A DNA stretch of 24,000 nt from Clostridium sp. (GTDB taxonomy: Bacteria; Bacillota; Clostridia; Clostridiales; Clostridiaceae): NCBI RefSeq assembly GCF_051278035.1, contig NZ_JBNMNU010000014.1, forward strand, positions 1 to 24,000, in the 5' to 3' direction. The notes under the pieces are model-generated. The model made no database searches. It was not told where the DNA came from and saw only the letters and a list, made by a program, of their open reading frames with translations. The position numbers were made by a program, and so were the translations under genes. This document shows positions 8,105 to 16,868 of the stretch, piece by piece (position 1 is the stretch's first letter; the number at the start of each line of letters is the position of its first letter).

Positions 8105-8407
8105 TTTGAGATGCAGTATTATAAAATGAATGATGGAAGGAGTTCTAAATATTCTTATAAAACGTCACAACTATTAAAACCGAATAATCCATAAAACATT
8201 GTAATATTCACATCTGAATTTATGGTGTTTTTTTACATAATGATACTATTATATAGTCCATTAATTCGTTTATTAGTTTAGCCGTATTTAAAATGAATGT
8301 TTTATGTTAAATATTTGAAACTCATATTAATATTCTATATAATTGAATAAGGACAGACTTTTATTTATTATAAAGCGAAAATCATTTTTAGAATTGGGGG
8401 GATTTAT

Positions 8408-8605
8408 ATGAAAAGATTAAAAGAAATACTCGTTGGAATTGGATTCTTAATTAGTGGCGTTTTAGGCGTATCAATAGGTAATTTGGAACTTACTTTAAAT
8501 ACTGCGCGTCGTTATAGACACTCAGTTTCATATCTTTTGTTTGCGTTCTTTATTATAGTGGGATTAATATTTATAATCATGGGATTGATGAAAAAGGATG
8601 ATTAA
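8408..8605 (+). CDS. Small 2-TM membrane protein
   Basis: 65 aa with a GGGGGG SD 6-7 nt upstream and two hydrophobic helices flanked by basic residues. Confidence 0.55.
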   Translation: MKRLKEILVGIGFLISGVLGVSIGNLELTLNTARRYRHSVSYLLFAFFIIVGLIFIIMGLMKKDD

Positions 8606-8712
8606 CAAATAATAAAAGATATAATCTTTAGCAAATTTAATATACAACTTTCTAAAACTGCGACGCAACAGTAAAATATTATTCAACAAAACAATATAGA
8701 GGGAAAAACTTT

Positions 8713-8904
8713 ATGAAGAAATTTAAACTAGTCAGAAACTTACTTATCCTTTGTGGATTTGGTCTTTTGTTATCTGCTTTTATAGAATTACGTGTTTTTC
8801 AATTATCAGCCAATAAATATTCTCTTGTAGCAACAATTTTAGGTGGAATATCATGTATTCTCTGTTTTATTAACGCTTATATATACCATAAGAAAATTAA
8901 TTAA
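8713..8904 (+). CDS. Small 2-TM membrane protein
   Basis: 63 aa with a GAGGGA SD and the same MKK-TM-loop-TM-KK layout as the preceding ORF. Confidence 0.55.
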   Translation: MKKFKLVRNLLILCGFGLLLSAFIELRVFQLSANKYSLVATILGGISCILCFINAYIYHKKIN

Positions 8905-9248
8905 TCCACAAGTATTAGACCAAAGTGATTCTGAATTTCATCATCATTTCTTAGTATTGCATTCTTTACATCGCTTACATGGACCACTACCAAAAGCTAT
9001 CGCCTTATAATATCCATCTAGTTACAATTGATTTAGTATTTATAATAGATATACTATCTGATCCCATATTCTTTAGCAACAGTTTGTACTTTTCCATATT
9101 AATCTTCCTTCCATTTCTTAAGACTTTTACAGAATCTTAGTTTATGTAATGAAAAATCCCCGTAAGCATCCTCCACTCATTTAACCGTTATTTGGCATAA
9201 TAGCTTAAATCTATATCAACAAATATTAGCATAAGTAAAAGGATGAAG

Positions 9249-9474
9249 TTTCTCCGCAGTGTCTTGCAATAAGAAGGGCAGAAACAATTGAAATTTAATT
9301 TAGAAATTCTTGTTTTGCAATTGTGAAATTCTCGTAAGCCTGCCAGGACGGCAGGCTAGCGAACCTGAGCCAGGAAGGCGAATGTGAGTGTTAGAGTATT
9401 TTACAAGGGCAAAACCTAGAATTTTTTAATGAAATTTCCTGTTTCAAGCTCTTTTGCAAGGCACGCAGGAGAAG
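9249..9474 (+). repeat. Long-hairpin structured element, copy 1 (candidate ncRNA or ERIC/MITE-like palindromic element); strand tentative
   Basis: This is a ~226-nt imperfect palindrome. The left arm (tttctccgca...gaaattctc) pairs with the right arm (gagtattt...acgcaggaga). The 66-nt apical core 9331..9396 is 59% GC and contains hairpin gcctgcc-aggac-ggcaggc. A second copy lies at 22501..22725. Confidence 0.75.
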
Positions 9475-9483
9475 TCGTCATCA

Positions 9484-10134
9484 TTACTTTGCTAAAGCTT
9501 CCGCTATAAGTACTAGTATATGTTCCCTATCTTTTTCGTTATTCTCAAAATCTAACTTATCCACATTTATCTTTAAAATTGGAGATATATCATAGTCCTT
9601 AAAATAAGCCCTATAATTATCATTTAACTTTTCCCAGTACTCACGTTCCACTATTTTCTCATAATCTCGGCCTCTTTTATTGATTTTAGCCATAGCAGAA
9701 TCCACAGAGGTTTCTAAATATACAAGCAATTTAGGCGCCTTGCAATGCTCAATCATATTTTCAAATAAATCCATATATAAATCAAATTCTTCCTTACCCA
9801 TTTCCCCAGCTTCATTTAACATCTTAGCAAAAATTACATCTCCATAAATACTTCTGTCCATTACTGCATTTTTAACCTTAGAAGCATCCTTTATGTGTCT
9901 AAATCTTCTATTAAGAAAAAATATTTGTAACGAAAAACTATATCTCTCCCTATCATAATAAAACTTTTCCAATATAGGATTATCCGCCACCGGCTCCTCA
10001 AAAGGAATATACCCCTTCTCAGCCATTATATTCATAAGCGTACTCTTCCCTACTCCAACCACTCCATCTATAACTATCATATCCCAAGTGCCTCCTCTAT
10101 TTATCTTGCTCAATGCTTCCTTATAAAATCCCAT
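9484..10134 (-). CDS. Deoxynucleoside kinase (dAK/dGK/dCK family)
   Basis: IVIDGVVGVGKSTL P-loop, then FEEPV.DNPILEKFY and FSLQIFFLNRRF, which are dNK family hallmarks. An alternative start at 10080 (MIVIDG) follows AGGAGG with a 10-nt spacer. Confidence 0.9.
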   Translation of the reverse strand: MGFYKEALSKINRGGTWDMIVIDGVVGVGKSTLMNIMAEKGYIPFEEPVADNPILEKFYYDRERYSFSLQIFFLNRRFRHIKDASKVKNAVMDRSIYGDVIFAKMLNEAGEMGKEEFDLYMDLFENMIEHCKAPKLLVYLETSVDSAMAKINKRGRDYEKIVEREYWEKLNDNYRAYFKDYDISPILKINVDKLDFENNEKDREHILVLIAEALAK

Positions 10135-10225
10135 GCTCCCGTCCCTCTCTCATCTATACTTTTCACACATAATCACCTTTTAAGACTTTTACTTATTATA
10201 TCAGAATCAACCATACATAATTATA

Positions 10226-10267
10226 TAAACAAAAAAGAGCTGGTAAATTGGACGTTTACCAGCTCTT
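10226..10267 (-). terminator. Rho-independent terminator after the HAD phosphatase gene
   Basis: aagagctggtaaa / tttaccagctctt stem with a 7-nt loop, followed on the minus strand by tttttgttt. Confidence 0.8.
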
Positions 10268-10416
10268 CTACATTCATTTAAGAGGAGAAATTAATCTTCT
10301 ATATCAATATTTTTAATCTTTGGGGGAGTTAAAGTGTATCAATATTAGAAGTTTCTATAAACTTATTATATATCCATTTTGATTGTTTGTCAATAATTAT
10401 TATTAATTAATATTCT

Positions 10417-11244
10417 CTATACGACTAAGCTTTCTGCGCCCTTTAGAATGAATTTATTAATAACATGTGCTACCCCATCTTCTTCATTAGTTTTAGTTAT
10501 AAAACTCGCAGTTCTTTTAACCTCTGGAAATGCATTTCCCATTGCAACGCCTAGTCCAGCATACTTAATCATATGAATATCATTACCTGCATCACCTATG
10601 CATATAACTTCTTCTTGTTTGATATTTAGCATTTCTGCCAAGGCTGCTATTCCTGCTCCTTTATTAACAGATTTATGAAGAAACTCTAAGTAGAATGGTG
10701 CGCTTCTAACTATTGTATACATATCGCTAACTTCTTCCGGGATCTTATCCATTATTTCCTCTATAATTTCTGGCTCATCCACAAACATAACTTTAACTAC
10801 AGTTGTGTCTGAAGGTACATCATAAACATCTGCTATTTCCCTAGAAATACCATTCATCTTCGCTTCATGTTTAGTATACTTACTGTCAACAGGAGAAATT
10901 ACAGTAGTCTCTGTTAAAGCATGTATATTAACTTTTAGCTTTTTACTTAACTCATACAAATATTTATAATCATCAATGGTTAATGTTGTTTTTGACACTA
11001 TTTCTCCACCTTCAGAACTTTGTACAAGCGCACCGTTAAATGCAACTGCATAATCATCTTCTGAAACTAATTCAAGTTCTTCTAAATATTTTCTAAAACC
11101 AACTAAAGGTCTTCCTGATGCTAGTACAACTTTTACTCCATTTTCCCTAGCCAGCTTAATTGCCTCATAATTTGCTGGTGAAATTTTCTTTTCATCATTA
11201 AGTAACGTTCCATCCATATCTAATGCTATTAATTTATACATCAA
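10417..11244 (-). CDS. Cof-type HAD-IIB family hydrolase (sugar-phosphate phosphatase)
   Basis: LIALDMDGTLL (motif I), ASGRP (motif II) and GDAGNDIHM (motif IV); 275 aa. Confidence 0.9.
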   Translation of the reverse strand: MMYKLIALDMDGTLLNDEKKISPANYEAIKLARENGVKVVLASGRPLVGFRKYLEELELVSEDDYAVAFNGALVQSSEGGEIVSKTTLTIDDYKYLYELSKKLKVNIHALTETTVISPVDSKYTKHEAKMNGISREIADVYDVPSDTTVVKVMFVDEPEIIEEIMDKIPEEVSDMYTIVRSAPFYLEFLHKSVNKGAGIAALAEMLNIKQEEVICIGDAGNDIHMIKYAGLGVAMGNAFPEVKRTASFITKTNEEDGVAHVINKFILKGAESLVV

Positions 11245-11382
11245 TTACCTCCATATACCACATTTCTTCTAAAACACTTTTTATTATAACACATGATTTT
11301 TAAAGAAATGGTTTACAACGTTTATAAAGTTTCTATTAATTTTTTCTTTAATTGTAAATATGTTTTATTTTAATAAAATTTG

Positions 11383-11402
11383 CTATATAATCAATTATAT
11401 AG
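11383..11402. promoter_or_regulatory. 20-bp perfect palindrome upstream of the diguanylate cyclase gene (candidate operator)
   Basis: ctatataat-ca-attatatag, 50 nt upstream of the ATG at 11452. The AT-rich context lowers its significance. Confidence 0.3.
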
Positions 11403-11451
11403 ATATATATAATTAATTAATTCTATTTATAAGTGAGGGAGATTATAAAAT

Positions 11452-13740
11452 ATGATGATAAAAAAAGAAAAACCGTTAATTATCAGTCTGTCAATTATTA
11501 TTTTAGCGGCGTTATTATACGTTATTTTCACCTTGAATAAATTCGCTACATTCACCACATCATCAGAATTAGGTTCTCAAACTGGCGTCTTGGATCTTTC
11601 AACTTGGGATTTTAATAACGATGGGTATACTGAACTAGGAGGACATTTTGAATTTTATTGGCATCAATTATTGACGCCAGAAACTATTAAAACTACAACT
11701 TCTGTCCCCTCCTATATGAAGATTCCCATGGCTTGGAATAAATATAATAAAGAATATGATTCTATTGGGTATGCCACCTATAGTCTAACCGTAAAAGTGA
11801 ATCCAAAATACAAAGATACACTTCTAGGCATAAGCGTTCCCTCCATGCTTTCATCATATAAATTATGGGTGAATGGAGAAGATTTTTCATCAAATGGCAT
11901 TGTTTCTACCAACAGTTCCTCCGAAATCCCTGAAAATTTACCCATAACCAATTATTTTATGAATAATAAGGACAATGTTCATTTAGTCTTGCAAGTATCA
12001 AATCATAACTTTAGAAACGGCGGTACTCGGGATAATTTTCACCTAGGCACACAATCTCAAATGGCCAATAAAAGAGAGGCTTCAATAGCCCTTGAAATTT
12101 TTTACTTTGGCGTACTTTTAATAATGGGCTTATACCATCTCTGGTTATATACTTTTAGAACATCTGATGTCTCTAAGCTTTATTTTGGTGCTCTTTGCAT
12201 AACTATATCTTTAAGATCCTTAATGATTGGTAACAAATACTTTTTAACCTTGTACGATAACATAAATTATACACTGACTCTTAAACTAGAATATCTAACT
12301 TTCTACGCGGCAGTTTATTTTATGTTGAATTACATATATTTATTTTTGGAAGAAGACATGTCAACGAAAATTATAATGTTTTGCAAATCATTTTGCCTTC
12401 TCTTTATAATTACTAATATTTTTATTCCTCCATTACTTGCATCAAAATTTGTTATAGTATTTCAAATATATACACTGTTACTTTGTGCTTATTCTATTTT
12501 TGTTATATTTAAATCATATCTTAGGAAAAAACGAGCGATTGTAGTTGTCGGAGTTGGTTGTTTATTAACCATTACAATAAGTGCAGTATCAATATTAGGT
12601 TATCTTGGCATTATTAATACAAAGGACTATTCAGTATTAGGATTCTTCATTCTTATACTAATAAACGCTTTTATATTGGCAATGACTCAGGCTAAAGCCT
12701 ATGTTAAAATTGAGAAGTTATCAAAAGAAAAAGAACAATATCTTTTAGTAGACAAACTTAGAGAGATAACTTTTTTACTAAATTCCACCTTGAATTTAGA
12801 AGAAGTTTTAGATAAATTATTAGATAGCCTAAAAGAATTAGTGCCTTATGACAGTGCCTCATTCTTTATGGAGGAAAATGGTCGATATAATGTAATGGCA
12901 GCAAATGGATTTGAAAATATGGATGATATATATAAAATTTCTATAAATAAAAATGATGACAAGCTTTTTAAAGAGCTCTCTGAAACCACTGCTCCATTAT
13001 TAGTCTCTAATGTTAAAGAAGATTCTCGTTTTAAGTATTTTACAAGTCCATCTGTTATTGAAAGTTGGATGGGTATTCCTATAATCTTTAAGGACAAAAT
13101 GGTGGGTATCTTAACATTAGATTCGAGTAAAAAGGCCATTTATACTAAGTACCACAGTGATATAGCCTTTTCCTTTGCAAACCACGCAGCAATGGCTATA
13201 GAAAATGCTAAATTGTATGGCAAAATTAAGAAGCAATCTCGAATAGACCCTCTAACTAATTTATATAATAGGCGTAGTTTTTTTGAACTTGCAAATATTA
13301 GCTTCGATAAAGCTAAATTATCAACACAAACTATTTCCGCCATTATGATGGATATAGATGATTTCAAACAAATCAATGACAAATTAGGTCATCACACCGG
13401 CGACTTAGTGTTAATACGCCTTGCTAAAATATGTTTAGAAACCTTAAGTAGCAACCATGTTTTAGGTCGTTTTGGTGGTGAGGAGTTTATTGCTTTATTA
13501 CCTTCAACCTCCCTAATCGAGGCTGAAATAATTGCAGAAACTCTAAGAAGTGCTATAGAGTGCAACCCTTTAATTCTTAGAAAATCAGATTCAATAACCA
13601 TTACCGTAAGTCTTGGGGTGGCCTCCATTACTCCAACTACTCAAAATTTAGATTATCTATTCATAGAAGCGGATAAAGCCATGTATACTGCAAAACAGCA
13701 GGGTAAAAATAGAATTGTCTCAGTAAATTCGAATTTATAA
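11452..13740 (+). CDS. Membrane sensor diguanylate cyclase: 7TMR-DISMED2 extracellular domain, 7TMR-DISM 7-TM, GAF and GGDEF
   Basis: GVLDLSTWDF...GGHFEFYWHQLL is the 7TMR-DISMED2 start. Seven hydrophobic helices span about aa 210-415. A GAF-like block follows, then PLTNLYNRRSF...GGEEF...DKAMYTAKQQGKNR. Confidence 0.9.
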   Translation: MMIKKEKPLIISLSIIILAALLYVIFTLNKFATFTTSSELGSQTGVLDLSTWDFNNDGYTELGGHFEFYWHQLLTPETIKTTTSVPSYMKIPMAWNKYNKEYDSIGYATYSLTVKVNPKYKDTLLGISVPSMLSSYKLWVNGEDFSSNGIVSTNSSSEIPENLPITNYFMNNKDNVHLVLQVSNHNFRNGGTRDNFHLGTQSQMANKREASIALEIFYFGVLLIMGLYHLWLYTFRTSDVSKLYFGALCITISLRSLMIGNKYFLTLYDNINYTLTLKLEYLTFYAAVYFMLNYIYLFLEEDMSTKIIMFCKSFCLLFIITNIFIPPLLASKFVIVFQIYTLLLCAYSIFVIFKSYLRKKRAIVVVGVGCLLTITISAVSILGYLGIINTKDYSVLGFFILILINAFILAMTQAKAYVKIEKLSKEKEQYLLVDKLREITFLLNSTLNLEEVLDKLLDSLKELVPYDSASFFMEENGRYNVMAANGFENMDDIYKISINKNDDKLFKELSETTAPLLVSNVKEDSRFKYFTSPSVIESWMGIPIIFKDKMVGILTLDSSKKAIYTKYHSDIAFSFANHAAMAIENAKLYGKIKKQSRIDPLTNLYNRRSFFELANISFDKAKLSTQTISAIMMDIDDFKQINDKLGHHTGDLVLIRLAKICLETLSSNHVLGRFGGEEFIALLPSTSLIEAEIIAETLRSAIECNPLILRKSDSITITVSLGVASITPTTQNLDYLFIEADKAMYTAKQQGKNRIVSVNSNL

Positions 13741-13746
13741 TTATAT

Positions 13747-13794
13747 CTAACACGAAAAAACTACCAAAATATTTTGGTAGTTTTTTCGTGTTAG
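13747..13794. terminator. Bidirectional terminator
   Basis: ctaacacgaaaaaactaccaaaa-tatt-ttggtagttttttcgtgttag: perfect ~22-bp stem between convergent genes. Confidence 0.85.
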
Positions 13795-13843
13795 CTTTCT
13801 ATATTTCTTTTTTAAATTTCCTTGCCACTCTGCCTCCAAATAG

Positions 13844-14098
13844 TTACAGGCCAATTAAATTTTTTATGAAATCTATAATTGGATTTAACACTTGAAGTAA
13901 AATTTCTAAAATATCCGTTAATATAGGAATTGAAATACCTATTTGTTGAAGCACATATATTAAAAGGAATATACCGACAGTAAGACTTAGTATTCTTCCA
14001 ATCATTTTAAATACTGAAATACCCAGATACACAAGCAATATAGCTAATGCGACCATAATAATGGTATTGAGATTAATACTTGAAAAATCAACGTTCAT
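13844..14098 (-). CDS. Small hydrophobic membrane protein
   Basis: 84 aa, almost entirely hydrophobic helices, lying just downstream of spoIIP on the same strand. Confidence 0.55.
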   Translation of the reverse strand: MNVDFSSINLNTIIMVALAILLVYLGISVFKMIGRILSLTVGIFLLIYVLQQIGISIPILTDILEILLQVLNPIIDFIKNLIGL

Positions 14099-14170
14099 AA
14101 AAACACCTCCATTATTTATAATATTATAACTTAGCCAATATGATTTAGCAAAGGAAGAATTATCAAATTG

Positions 14171-15271
14171 TTACTTTTTACCATTTAATTGCTCTGCAAA
14201 TACTCTAGATAAATACATACCAGTATTTTTTACTTCTGCAATCGTATTAGTATATGTTCCTACTTCTATTAAAATTGCATTATCACTTTTATTTTGGTTA
14301 TAAAAAGCAATTCCACGATTAACCGTACTAATTTCTTGATTCTTTAAAAAATTAGGGTATATTTTATTGGATATCCCTATCATAGAATCTACTAGTTTTT
14401 TCTGCTCGGCATACCTAGGGTTTCCCTTTGCCATTACAAACATAATCTGGGCAACATTTTCCCCGTTTATTTTAGTAGTTACTAAATTCTTATTTGCTAC
14501 ACCATCTCTATGTAAATCAATAACTAAATCAAAATCTCCATAAGCCTTTAAATACTTATCTATAGTAATTCCAGACTTTTTGTATGATCCATTATAATCT
14601 CCTACATTATGTAGAGTCTCATCATGTATAACTGCAATTCCATAATTTTTTTCTAGTTCTTCTTTTATTACTTCGCCCACAGCGCATACATTTTTTGTTA
14701 AATCCAGATTAAAAGCATTTTTACTCTTATCGTTATCTGAGGTGCGATAAGATTCAGTTGCATGAGAATGATATATTAACACTCGTGGCTTGGCCTTATT
14801 TAGAGTTTGTTTCAATAATGGATTATAGAGATCTGCAATCACATTAGTGTTATTATTTTCAGCTTCAATTTTTTTCACCTGTTTATCATCTAAATTAAAG
14901 GGATTAAGTATAAATGTTATTAAATCTCCCTCCTCCGTGCCTTCATTATTCACATCACTACTAAATTCACTTTTATCTAAATATGCAATCTCTTTAGTTA
15001 TTATTGTTATAGGGTTTCGAGCATCTATTCCTAAAAAAGCTAATGCCGTAGTTTTCATGCTAATTTCACTTTTCGATGGTTTTATTGCAGATAATACATT
15101 ATTAATAACATTAACATAAAAGTAATTTTTATATCCCACACCATTATCCGCACTAGCATTTTTAGGTATAATCAAGCTTATTAAAAAAATAACGACAAAT
15201 GTGAAAATACATATAGATATTCTCACCCTACCGTCCTTTTTAATACCTTTGATACTCACACTCATATCCAT
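14171..15271 (-). CDS. spoIIP: Stage II sporulation protein P (engulfment amidase)
   Basis: N-terminal membrane anchor, then RVLIYHSHATESY, VIDLHRDG and ILIEVG, which are SpoIIP family signatures. Confidence 0.85.
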   Translation of the reverse strand: MDMSVSIKGIKKDGRVRISICIFTFVVIFLISLIIPKNASADNGVGYKNYFYVNVINNVLSAIKPSKSEISMKTTALAFLGIDARNPITIITKEIAYLDKSEFSSDVNNEGTEEGDLITFILNPFNLDDKQVKKIEAENNNTNVIADLYNPLLKQTLNKAKPRVLIYHSHATESYRTSDNDKSKNAFNLDLTKNVCAVGEVIKEELEKNYGIAVIHDETLHNVGDYNGSYKKSGITIDKYLKAYGDFDLVIDLHRDGVANKNLVTTKINGENVAQIMFVMAKGNPRYAEQKKLVDSMIGISNKIYPNFLKNQEISTVNRGIAFYNQNKSDNAILIEVGTYTNTIAEVKNTGMYLSRVFAEQLNGKK

Positions 15272-15319
15272 ACCCCCTTTTGCCTATATAATATATATGA
15301 CGGGATATACAAAATAATA

Positions 15320-16762
15320 CTATGAATATGGAATCACATACTCCTTTATCTTCTCTAATATTTCCCCAATCACCGCTTCCGTACTGACGTTAGAAGTATC
15401 TATAACTAAATCATAATTACTCTCGTCACCAGAATCAATATCATAAATTTCCTTAAATCTACTAACTTCAAGCCTTCTTCTCTCAATTATATTATCCTTA
15501 GCATCCTGCACCCTCGCATACTTCTCTGACTTACCTCTATCATCTTTCATCGCCCGCTGCACTGCGACATCTACATTTACTTTCAAATAAATTTTAAAAG
15601 AATCAGGAATGAAGTTCCATGCGAGCCTAGCATCAAAAATAAAATTTTCTTTATCTCTTCCAATTTCCATAGTTTTATTATCAACCTCATGGTCTAAATT
15701 ATTATCTGACATATATTTGTTGTACTCTGTTATAGACATGCCTTTTTCTATGGCTAACTTCCGCTGTAAATCACCTACACTAAAATAAGTATACTTTAAG
15801 GCCTCACTTATAGCCTTAGCAACGGTACTCTTACCTGAATATAAATCTCCTGTTATCGTTATTTTCATTTTTGTATCATCTCCTTTGCTATCCTTTTCCT
15901 TTTGTCCTACTGTAAGAATTAACACTGAAAACAAAATCAATACGCATCCAATTACAATTCTAAATGACAACTGTTCTTTAAGAATTAACACTCCTAGTAC
16001 GATACTTACTATCGGCTCTAAAGTGCTTAGTATAGCAGCACTAGAAGGACCTATGATTTTTATTCCCTTTAAAAACATTGTAAGGGCTAAAACTGTAGAT
16101 ACTAGAGCAATTCCAAAGCAAGCTACAAAGCCAGAGGGTTTCATATTAAAATCTAATCCTCCAGTAATCATTCCCATCGTAAAGACAACCAGCGAAGATA
16201 TTAAGGCTAGATAAAAGGTCAGCACAAAAATATCAATCCTATTAACCCTATTATGCGAAACTCCAATAATATAATATGCGTAAAAAAAGCCTGAGCTAAT
16301 AGCAAAAGCTATCCCTTTAAAATTTAATGCACCGCCACTATTCCCCACTAACATGTAGATTCCCAAAAGGGATAAACCAAGTGCTAAAATTTTACCAAAG
16401 TATAATTTTTCTTTGTACAAAATCACTGCAAAAACCGTTACTGTTACAGGATAAATAAAATGAAGCGTAGTAGCTAGCCCAACTGTTATATAATTATAGG
16501 ATATAAAAAGTGTATAAGCTGTGGCAGTATATCCCATAATGGCCAAAAGAATAATATGTATTATTCCCTGCTTATTTAATCTCAAATCCTTTTTTGTAAA
16601 AAGTATATAAGGTAATATAATTAGGGAAGCTAAAAAGAACCTAAGAAATACTACTGTTAGCACATTCGCACCACCACTATAAGCCATTTTTACAAAAATC
16701 GGCATAACTCCAAAAGCTGCTGAGGACACTACAGTAAATATTATTCCGTATATCTTTTTCAT
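15320..16762 (-). CDS. EamA/DMT-family transporter (aa 1-~290) fused in frame to a cytidylate-kinase-like P-loop kinase (aa 299-480)
   Basis: There are ten hydrophobic helices in the EamA duplication pattern. After the linker KEKDSKGDDTK comes MKITITGDLYSGKSTVAKAIS... (182 aa). No stop codon separates the two parts. AAAGGAGA (15879..15886) lies 10 nt upstream of the internal ATG at 15868. Confidence 0.8.
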   Translation of the reverse strand: MKKIYGIIFTVVSSAAFGVMPIFVKMAYSGGANVLTVVFLRFFLASLIILPYILFTKKDLRLNKQGIIHIILLAIMGYTATAYTLFISYNYITVGLATTLHFIYPVTVTVFAVILYKEKLYFGKILALGLSLLGIYMLVGNSGGALNFKGIAFAISSGFFYAYYIIGVSHNRVNRIDIFVLTFYLALISSLVVFTMGMITGGLDFNMKPSGFVACFGIALVSTVLALTMFLKGIKIIGPSSAAILSTLEPIVSIVLGVLILKEQLSFRIVIGCVLILFSVLILTVGQKEKDSKGDDTKMKITITGDLYSGKSTVAKAISEALKYTYFSVGDLQRKLAIEKGMSITEYNKYMSDNNLDHEVDNKTMEIGRDKENFIFDARLAWNFIPDSFKIYLKVNVDVAVQRAMKDDRGKSEKYARVQDAKDNIIERRRLEVSRFKEIYDIDSGDESNYDLVIDTSNVSTEAVIGEILEKIKEYVIPYS

Positions 16763-16834
16763 AAGCTCACGTCCTTTGCCTTATTTTAGCATAATTATTG
16801 TTGCTCAACTATATTTATAAAAAAAATAAGTTCA

Positions 16835-16863
16835 TTGACAAAATTAACCTTTAAGACTACAAT
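16835..16863 (+). promoter_or_regulatory. Sigma-A promoter of pepA
   Basis: TTGACA (16835..16840), 17-nt spacer, TACAAT (16858..16863). Confidence 0.6.
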
Positions 16864-16868
16864 TTATA

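Noticed and set aside
8189-8235. A terminator for the 7574..8104 gene (ccataaa...tttatgg followed by tgttttttt).
   Set aside because: A 7-bp AT-rich stem with a 23-nt loop is marginal. Termination here is possible but not supported well enough.
9331-9396. The hairpin-element core might be SRP RNA helix 8 (ccagg...ggaagg resembles CCAGGUCAGGUCCGGAAGGAAGCAGCC) or a 6S RNA.
   Set aside because: The match is only a few nucleotides and lacks the GGAA tetraloop/AGCA symmetric-loop arrangement. SRP is single-copy, whereas this element occurs twice with diverged arms. A conserved GC-rich apex is also unlike my recollection of 6S RNA, where the apical region is variable.
9249-9474. The element might be an integron attC site, a PATE derived from the IS605 element in this window, or a retron msr/msd.
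   Set aside because: The termini lack the attC R/L core (GTTRRRY/RYYYAAC), and no integrase or cassette array is present. It shares no sequence with the IS left end at 535..668. No reverse transcriptase gene is nearby.
15272-15345. A sigma-E/sigma-F-type sporulation promoter upstream of spoIIP (ATTATT-13-CATATATAT on the minus strand).
   Set aside because: The match is loose, the region is extremely AT-rich, and I cannot reliably verify the spacing rules from memory. It is not reported as a feature.
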